Positions 55,435-64,000 of a stretch of DNA of 64,000 bases are shown here, one piece after another. The stretch covers positions 5,456,001 to 5,520,000 of the forward strand of contig CATOCA020000001.1 in the NCBI GenBank assembly GCA_951406725.2, in the 5' to 3' direction. The translations under genes were made by a program, and so were the position numbers. The notes beneath the pieces were generated by a model that worked only from the letters and a program-made list of their open reading frames with translations, made no database searches and was not told the origin of the DNA. Within the stretch, counting starts at the first letter, position 1. The number at the start of each line of letters is the position of its first letter. This DNA is from Octopus vulgaris. Taxonomy: Eukaryota.

Positions 55435-56371
55435 TATCAACACCACTAAAGCCAACCCTATGTCTGCGATATGTTGATGACACGTTTATAGTCTGGCCCC
55501 ACAAGGAATATGGCCAAGTGCTGTTATATCATGTGAACTCAATAAAGCCATCCATACAGTTCACAATGGAAAAGGAGAAATACAATCAGCTGGCATTCCT
55601 GGACGTATTAATAACATGCACCAAGTATGGATTCAGGACATCCGTATACTACAAGCCGACCTTCACCGGACGATACCTCAACTTCAATTCCTACAATCCA
55701 TACAGTGTAAAGAGAGGGATTGCTCAGTGCCTAAAACATCGAGCAATGAATATAAGTAGCGATTGTGATACCCACAACGAAGAAATGATCAAGCTAAGTA
55801 ACAATCTATTAAGTAACAACTACCCCAAAATATACAATCCACTCTAATTATGAAGAAAAGAGAGGATGAAACCAATAAACTGTCCACAGTCTGTCTACCC
55901 TATGTGAAAGGCTTCTCCGAAAAGATACAAAAGATATGCGGCCCATAGGACATCAGGACAGCATTCAAGAGTAATACAACACTTCGCAAATATTTCCTTC
56001 GAGTAAAACCACCAATAGAAGAGAATATGACCAAAGACTGCGTGTACTCCATCCCATGCAGCTATCGTAGGTTATACAAAGGCGAAACATGCCTCCCACT
56101 CAAAATAAGGGTAGACGCACATCGCAAAGCTGTGACACGAGGAGATATTGATAAAACGGGTATAGGTGATCATGTATGGAAAAATGGAGACCACCTCCCC
56201 CTTTGGGATGAAGTTAAAATAAAAGATAGAGAACACCACTGGAAAATAGGAAAACTAAAAGAAGCAGCACATATGCAAGGACACAACATCCTCCAAAGCA
56301 AACCGGATGCAGATATGAGTAGCCTATGGGAACCGGTATTAAGGAAGGATAGGGAAATATTAGATTTATAA
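55434..56371 (+). mobile_element. Penelope-like element fragment (RT C-terminus + GIY-YIG endonuclease)
   Basis: LRYVDDTF, IQFTMEKE...LAFLDV, VYYKPT.TGRYLNFNS, LPYVKG, CVYSIPCS...YKGET...RVDAH and KLKEA. Confidence 0.92.
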
Positions 56372-56374
56372 CCC

Positions 56375-56494
56375 CTAAAATTCATTCCATAATTGCCCAC
56401 AGGCGTAGTCGTTAAGAATGCGGGCTACTAACCCCAAGATTCCGAGTTCGAATCCAGGCAATGACCTTAATAATAATAATAACATCGAAAAATA
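56375..56494 (+). repeat. tRNA-like module + (TAA)n directly after the PLE stop codon
   Basis: CTAAAATTCATTCCATAATTGCCCACAGGCGTAGTCGTTAAGAATGCGGGCTACTAACCCCAAGATTCCGAGTTCGAATCC. Confidence 0.85.
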
Positions 56495-56529
56495 CCTTCG
56501 GAATGAGAACAACAAACAAAATGAGGACA

Positions 56530-57880
56530 AATAAATAATGAATCCTTATTGTAGTTCTCAGCCTTTTCCCTCGCTACAAATCCTTTCACAACAGCCACAA
56601 ATGAATCCCATGCTCTTTTTTCTACGTCAGTCCTCGAGCACGAGAATGTCTGGCATTTCATTAACTTTCGGATTTGTGACCCATCAAAAAACACCATCCA
56701 TTATTTTATCATAACACAGGAAATGCTAAACATATGAATTTGAAACAGCTACTCTCCACATTAAGAGCTTCGATATATTACTTCATTAGTCCTAGTTTAA
56801 AATGAAGGGTTGAGAAGATGATTTTCTCTCGCTCAACAAGTGTTTCGTGTATGATATTCTTCTCTCCAGAAGTCAAACTTTTCCTTACTTGCCAGAGTTT
56901 CCGGCTCCCTATGATTGTCTCTCGTTTGGTTATCGCATAAACCCAGGAAAGGCGGATGTTTTGTGTAAACTTTGTGTTGACCAAGTAAAAAGTTGAGCAT
57001 TTTTAGATCCACACATATGACCCATTTGTGTTCATCAGATTTGGGTAAATCTAATTCAACTTTTATGTGATCATAATTCTCTTTTAAGTTCACAGAGTGA
57101 CCAATAGGAAGCGCAGCAAACAAGTTTCAATTATGGACTAACAAACATTTTAGACACTTCTTTCAGCTATCTATAAACTCACTACGGTCATAGTATCCAC
57201 CACCCATCGCATTTAACAGCCCCGCCACGTCACAACAGTAAACAAAATAATTTTCAGTTGTAATGAATGCTAAGAGGACTTTTTCTTTGTTCTGATAAAA
57301 AGTCACGTTTCTGCAACACATTCTTCTCTTTAAGCCTAGAAGATAAGTTCCGATAACTCTTGTGACAGTCGTAGGTCTCTAACGAAATACTTGAGTTCTG
57401 CCTGGTTTTCACGTTCTTTGGTCGATGTTACTACAAAGTCTGTATCACTGACATCTTCATGTTTTACATCTACTTCAAATATACCAGTTTTATCTTGCAA
57501 TGACGGTAGATCCTTGAAACTGGGTTCTGGGTGAAACATTGGACGATTTGATGAATCCAGATTTGTTCTGTCGCAATCTCTTGCTATAACCAGAAGAATT
57601 TGTGAGACAAAAGTAGCAATCTTTAATATGGTTCTTCGGTTCTTACCATGCCATAGGAATGCCAAAAGTTAGTTGTTTGTTTGAGTCCCTTGTTGATTGG
57701 CATTGATTTTTCGGCACCGGGTTTACATATATTGAGCGGGACCCATGATTTATACCGATTGCCAACTTTAATCTTCAGGTAAGTCAATTGAGCAATGTTC
57801 ATTCTTGGACTTGATACTGTAAAACACCCACAGGTGTCAGGGAATTTCAATCATTTCCTTCGCAATGACACCATGCGACT
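56530..57880 (-). pseudogene. DNA transposase relic, probably Chapaev3-like
   Basis: VGNRYKSWVPLNICKP, LRLSQELSEL, LPIGHSVNLKENY, WVICVDLKM.NFLLGQ..YTKHP, LHFKLGLMK and FDGSQIRKLM. The superfamily label is from recollection. Confidence 0.7.
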
Positions 57881-58559
57881 GAACCTCTGCATTATTTCAG
57901 GAGATAAATGTGAAAAGAGAGAAAAGAACAAAGAGCATATTTATGTATCTAGGTTTGTCTAAATAGATGTCGAAATACTTGGATAAAATAAATATTCAAC
58001 AGAAATGTTTAACGATGATGTCTTTTGTACATTTGTTGATAGTAAGAAGAGATTAACAAAGCAGATTGAGACGACCGAGCGTTGAAGCACAGAGATATTA
58101 GGAAACACACTTCTATACATGTATGTATACGAGGCCAACAGAGCGTCACAACCTCACTCACTGAATGCTCAACTGACTCTGAGATTCTTACTGCTAAGCT
58201 ACTCTACCAAAAACACATCGAGAAATTTCTGAAAGATGGAGCTATGGGTGGGTTAATATGGACCAGTCTATAGGGAAATATCACGTGATGTGATAGAAAA
58301 GAAAAATATTGCTATTTTAAAACTTAATGACCCCAAATTACCCCTAAATAGGTTTCAGACTTATAAATGGGAAGAGAGACAGAATGGTAGAGTAATAAAT
58401 AATGAGGTGAGAGAGAGAGAGAGAGAGAAGCAAAGAAAAGGAGAGAGACACACAGGTAGACAGACAGACAGTCAGATAGAGGAAGGGTCAGAGTTAAAGA
58501 GAGAGAAGAAGAGGGAGACAAAGAGATGGGTTTGAAGGAGAGAGAGAGAGAGAGAGACA

Positions 58560-59048
58560 GGAAGGATTGAGAGATGGGGTTACAGAGATGACAAAAGAGA
58601 AAGTGAAAGGAGAGAGGGAGGAAGAGACAAAGAGAAAGAAGGAAATCAAGAGAGAAAGGAAGAAAGAAGGGAAGGATGGGAGGGAAAAAGAAAGAAAGAA
58701 AAGATGGAAGGAAGGAATAATGAAATGAAGGAAGAAAAAAGAAACAGAACAAGAAAGGGAGGAAGAAAGAGGGAAAGAAACAAAAAAACGTGAAGTGATT
58801 CTGTAATAAAGAACGAGATGAGAATGAGAGAGAGAAAGAGGGGAAGGAGAGAGAGAGAGAATAGAAGATAGTAAGAGAGAATGAATGAATGAAAGAAGGA
58901 AACAAGGCTAGAGACAAATAGAAAGAAAGAAAGAAAGAAAGAAAGAGAGAAAGAGAGAAAGAGAGAAAGAGAGAGAAGAGAGAGAGAATAGAAGATTGTA
59001 AGAGACAAAGAATGAATGAAAGAAGGAAACAAGGCTAGAGACAAATAG

Positions 59049-59101
<53 letters not shown>

Positions 59102-59702
59102 ATAGAAGATAGTAAGAGAGAAAGAATGAATGAAAGAAGGAAACAAGGCTAGAGACAAATAGAAAGAAAGAAAGAAAGAAGGAAAGAGAGAAAGAAAGAG
59201 AGAGAGAGAATAGAAGATAGTAAGAGAGAAAGAATGAATGAAAGAAGGAAACAAGGTAGAGACAAATAGAAAGAAAGAAAGAAAGAAGAAAGAGAGAAAG
59301 AGAGAAAGAGAGAAAGAGAGAAAGAGAGAAAGAGAGAGAGAATAGAAGATAGTAAGAGAAAAGAATGAATGAAAGAAGGAAACAAGGCTAGAGACAAATA
59401 GAAAGAAAGAAAGAAGAAAGAAAGAGAGAGAGAGAAAAGAGAGAGAGAGAGAGAGAGAGAATAGAAGATAGTAAGAGAGAAAGAATGAATGAAAGAAGGA
59501 AACAAGGCTAGAGACAAATAGAAAGAAAGAAAGAGAGAAAGAAAGAAAGATGAAAAGAAGGAAAGGAAAAAGGTGAGAAAGAAAGAAGGATAAAAAGAAA
59601 AAGGAAAGAAAGAAAGAAAGAACAAGAAAACAGGGAAAGAAGGAAATATGTAAAGGAAGAAAAAAGAAACAAAGGCTCAAAAAGATAAAGAAACAAGAAG
59701 GA

Positions 59703-59753
<51 letters not shown>

Positions 59754-60760
59754 GAAGAAAGAAAGAAAGAAAGAAATAAGGAAAGGAAAGGAAAAGAAGG
59801 AAAGAAAGAAAGAAAGAAAGAAAGAAAGTAAGAAAGAAAGAAAGGAAGAAAGAAAGGAAGAAGGAAGGAAGGAAAGGAAAGAAAGGAAGAAAGAAAGAAA
59901 GAAAGAAGGAAAGAAAGATAGAAAGAAAGAAGAAAGAAAGAAAGAAAGGAAGAAGGAAAGAGAGGAAAGGAAAGGAAAGAAAGAAAGAAAGCAGGAAAGA
60001 AAGAAAGGAAGAAAGAAAGAAGGAAAGGAGAGGAAAGAAAGAAAGAAAGAAAAAAGGAAAGGAAGGAAAGAAAGAAAGTCGAAGTGATTCTTTCGTTCTT
60101 TGAAGAGAGGAGGAGGGAGAGTGAGTGGGAGAAAAAGCGAGAGACGGAAAGAGAGGGAGAAAGATGGAGAGTAAGAAGGAGAGAGAGAGGATTAGAACAA
60201 AACATAATTGATAGAGAGGGAGAGTAGGAGTTGAGAGACAAGGAGAAAATAGGCGGAGAGTTAATATATAATGAGGTAAGAGAGAGAGAGAGGGGGAATG
60301 ACAGTGACAGGGGTTGGAAGATAGAGAGAGAGAGAGAGAGTAAGAAAAGAGAGTGAGAAGGAGAGAGGCAAATAATGAGACAGACAAAGCGACAGAGAGA
60401 GAGAGATAGAGAGTGATAGAGAGTAAGAGAGTGATAGAGAGAGATTGATAGAGAGAGAGATAGAAAGGGAGTAAAGAGGGATATATAAGCTTAGCAAAAG
60501 AGGGAAAGTATGAGGTAAGAGATAAAAGCAAAGAAGGCGTAGTCATAGAGCATTATATAATGAGGTGGGGGGAGAGAGAGAGGTTTGGAAATTGAGGGGG
60601 AGGGATTGACGTGGGCGAGAAAGCAAAAGAAGTAGAGGGATATTATGATATATGAGGTGGTAAAGAGAGAGAGAGAGAGAGAGAGAGTGAGGGGGGTCTC
60701 CTCTGAGACAACGATGGGAGAGGGAGTGTATCGGTTGAGAGAGGGAGTGAAAGAATTGGA
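58560..60760. repeat. Purine-rich block with ~120-bp tandem unit (58850-59530) and (GAAA)n
   Basis: AATAGAAGATAGTAAGAGA..AAGAATGAATGAAAGAAGGAAACAAGGCTAGAGACAAATAG occurs six times. Confidence 0.9.
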
Positions 60761-61738
60761 GAAGCACAGCGAAGGATATGTGTGTGTGTGTGTAGAGGGT
60801 TTTTTAAGTGTCCTTATTTCTTATAGGAAAACAATACAAAATTTTAGCGTACGTGGCTGTTATTTCTAGCATCACGTAAGACCACCAGATGGACAATATT
60901 TCTCCAGATGCTTTTTAAAGTATCCTTCAGTCGTGCATGAAAATAATACAATGAGCTATTATTTCTAGCAAGATACCGGACCACCTGTAGAACAATACGA
61001 AGCATCGTTGGTCTTTCTTGAATGATGCGAGACAATATAGGGGTCAGATTGCTTCATAAAGTTTTCTGTTTTCAGCATCAATACTGACCACTTTGACGGG
61101 GGCAGATTTATGATTCTTTAAAACCTTTCAGTTCTCTATGAAAAAGAACACACATTTCTGTGCACTTGACAGTTATTTCTAGCATGATGTGAAGTCCTCT
61201 ATAAGACAATTCTTTTAATAAAGGTGTCTTAAATTGTCCTTCAATGACTGAACTATTTTCATTAAATTAATTAAATAATTAATTAGTTAGTAATCAACGT
61301 AAACAAGAAAACAATTTTAAGGCAAATCTGAAAATATAATTTATTAGAAGGACAGAAGCGTCTGAGAAATAAAATTAAAGGAAGAGGGAAAGGGTAATGT
61401 ATAATGCGGTGGGGGGAGTGGGAAAAGGGAGAGGGCGGGGTGTGATAGGTTAATGCATGGGGGTAACAGAGAAAGAGAGGGTGTGAGTATGAGACATAGA
61501 GTTGCGGCAAGTGAGGGAGAGGATAAGGTAAGTGATGTAGCAAGGGAGGTGGAGTGATTGAAATGAATGTGTAACGAGATGGTGAGAGAAAGGAGAGAAA
61601 GAGGGATAACTCGAATATATGATGTAGATGCGAGGAATAGAGAGAGAGAGAGAGGGGGAGAGGGTAGGAAAGAGAGAGAGAGAGAGAGGAGAAAGCGGAT
61701 GTGAGGAAAACATAGTATGAAGTAAGAGAATCAATAAG

Positions 61739-61968
61739 AAGGCGGCGAGCTGGCAGAAACGTTAGCACGCCGGACCAAATGCTTTGTGGCATTTCGTCCG
61801 CCTTTACGTTCTGAGTTCAAATTCCGCCGAGGTCGACTTTGCCTTTCATCCTTTCGGGGTCGATAAATTAAGTACTAGTTACGCACCGGAGTCGATGTAA
61901 TCGACTTAATCCGTTTGTCTCTCCTTGTTCGTCCCCTCTATGTTTAGCCCCTTGTGGGTAGTAAAGAA
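61739..61968 (+). mobile_element. SINE family A monomer, full length, Tx1-like tail
   Basis: AGGCGGCGAGCTGGCAGAAACGTTAGCACGCC...GAGTTCAAATTCC...CCCCTTGTGGGTAGTAAAGAA. Confidence 0.92.
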
Positions 61969-62149
61969 TTAAGCCGGAGTTATATAGCGATATATATATA
62001 ATACGGGAGAAAAGAGAGAGAGAGAGAGAGGGGGGGAGAAAGAGTGACTGAGACGGAGAGAGATTGACATCAATAGATAGGTAGATAGATAGGTAGATAG
62101 ATAGATATATAGATAAATAGGTAGGTAGATAGGTAGATAGATAGGTAAG

Positions 62150-63376
62150 TTTCTTTATTAGCCATACAGGGCTGCACACAGATGGGACAAATTACAAGGC
62201 AGAGCTTTTCTTTTGGAGGAAGAAAAAAAAAGTGGCGTAGGTTTTAAATCAAAAGGGATCGTAAAAGGGGGAAAAGAAAAAAAGATAAAAAAAGGAAAAG
62301 AAACAAAAGGAAAGAAAAAAGAAAAAAGAAGGAAAAAGAGGAAAAAGGGGAAGTGGAACATAAACGACCAATAGGGATCGCGTATCACAGTGTCATGATG
62401 TACGGTGTAAAGGGGGAGGCAGATAAGGTTTATCCGTGGGAAGAAAAGCCTACGAAAAAGACCACGGTAACCTTGGTCAATATTGTTATATGTTACCACA
62501 TTTGTTTGCAAGTGGGTAATCCTCTGTTTTCAATTTCTGGGTCCATAGGATTATGCTCAAGGTGGCTTCGTCATTCATACGTGCCATCCTTGCTAAAGTC
62601 ACCCATCTTTTTTTAAAACGTTCGCTAGACAAAACTTGCCTCTCTACTCTCACTTTCCATTTCAAGTGATATTTGAAAAAGTTGATGAGAGAGATTGACC
62701 AGAGAGGAAAGTGTTTGTCTCCAATCCTTTCAGACGCGTCCACCAGATGCATTTCTTTCGCCATAGCCACAAGGATGATGAAAATAGCTCTTCCTTCCCG
62801 TTTGAAGGAAGGAGGCGTGACAATATTGACGATAGACTCAGCTGATAAACCGACTCGTCCCACACGTGACAGCAGTTGTTCAGCATAAGCCCACAGGTCG
62901 GAAATTGTTGGACACTGCACGAGTGCGTGCAGAACGGTTTCGTCGCTCTGACCGCATCTCGGGCAGGTCGGCCCCGTGTTCCTCGAGCCGTGTCTGTAGA
63001 GCTTATCCCGAATGGGTAGCGCTTCTCGGTAGCACTGCCAGGCCAGGGATCTCTGGAAGTTGTCCATGGGCCCTAGCCCGAAAATCGTCCTAAACAGGCG
63101 GGTCAGGTATTCCTCGTCGACGTGCAGGTTCGCCCCGAGCTCGTCGTCGCACCTCCCCTCCACTAATCCCTTATAGAATGCTTGGGTCGTGTTGGAGTCA
63201 CTCAAGGTCGACCCAGGACGGCAGAGTTGCTTGAGAGCAACGCGATACTCGCGGTGCCATTCGCCCTTCCTCGGCCTCTTTTTGATCCACGACTGCAGTT
63301 CGGTCATGGAGACAAGTTGCGGGAAAGCGTGCCTCACAAACGGCGACCACACCTGTCCACTGTGGGCGACCACGCC

Positions 63377-63378
<2 letters not shown>
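62150..63378 (-). mobile_element. Tx1/L1-clade LINE, 5'-truncated (ORF2 C-terminus + 3' UTR)
   Basis: LAWQCYREALPIRDKL and the zinc knuckle CPRCGQSDETVLHALVQC. The T-rich 3' UTR ends AATAAAGAAA. Both flanks are (GATA)n. Confidence 0.9.
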
Positions 63379-63416
<38 letters not shown>

Positions 63417-63417
63417 G

Positions 63418-63479
<62 letters not shown>

Positions 63480-63481
63480 TG

Positions 63482-64000
63482 TTTCTTTATTAGCCACACA
63501 GGGCTGCACACAGATAGAACAAATTACAAGGTAGAGCTTTTCTTTTGAAGGTTTAAAAAAAAAAAAAAGAAAGGGGGAGTTTCGATCAAAAGGGATCGTA
63601 AAAGGAGAGAAAGAGGCCAAAAAAAGGGGGGTTAAAAAAAAGGGGGAGAGGAAAAAAAAAAGAAAAATTGATCAATAGGGATCGTTATCACAGAAATGTC
63701 AATATGAAGTGTAAAGGGGAGGACAGGTGAGGTTTACCCGTGGAAAGAAAAGCCTACGGAAAAGACCACGGTAACCTCGGTCAATGGAGTCACATGCTAT
63801 ATTTAATTTTTTTTTTTTTTTGCGAATAAGCAACTCTCTGTTTTCAATTTCTGGGTTCATAGGATCATGCTCAAGGTGGCTTCGTCATTCATACGTGCCA
63901 TCCTTGCTACATTCACCCATCTTTTTTTAAAACATTCGCTAGACAAAACTTGCCTCTCTACTCTCACTTTCCTTTTCAAGTGGTACTTGAAGAAGTTGAT
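63482..64000 (-). mobile_element. Second Tx1/L1-clade LINE copy (3' end; continues beyond the window)
   Basis: Near-identical to 62150-62690. It retains the TGA stop that reads TGG in the first copy. Confidence 0.9.

Noticed and set aside
63378-63511. N-terminus of the 341-aa ORF 62486..63511
   Set aside because: It reads through the (TATC)n tract and the neighbouring copy's 3' UTR; only the LINE ORF2 part is real.

Overview
Repeat-saturated, gene-poor animal genomic DNA. It is inferred to be octopus/cephalopod from the tRNA-derived SINE families and the (TA)n/(CA)n/(GAAA)n microsatellite load. There is a 100-N assembly gap at 36639-36738. Only one credible host coding exon was found (31440-31522, +, ankyrin-repeat-like start MDSIVDKIRNNDVEGLKILLEERPDE). 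The rest is mobile-element debris: a degenerate Gypsy LTR element inserted into a SINE; CR1-, RTE-, Hero-, Tx1/L1- and Penelope-type retroelement fragments; Helitrons (one with a PIF1 helicase relic); hAT/Buster and Chapaev3-like transposase relics; mariner/hAT/pogo MITEs; three SINE families; and local duplications. The most notable observations are: (1) the 3' tail of the concatemer-forming SINE matches the 3' tail of a Tx1-type LINE that sits in (GATA)n arrays; (2) a type I hammerhead ribozyme in an AT-rich family that also forms fold-back palindromes; (3) a Penelope fragment bracketed by inverted tRNA-like modules; (4) a 326-bp unit with terminal direct repeats and strand-specific RNA structure. 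All family assignments come from recalled motifs; no database search was run, and most boundaries are approximate.
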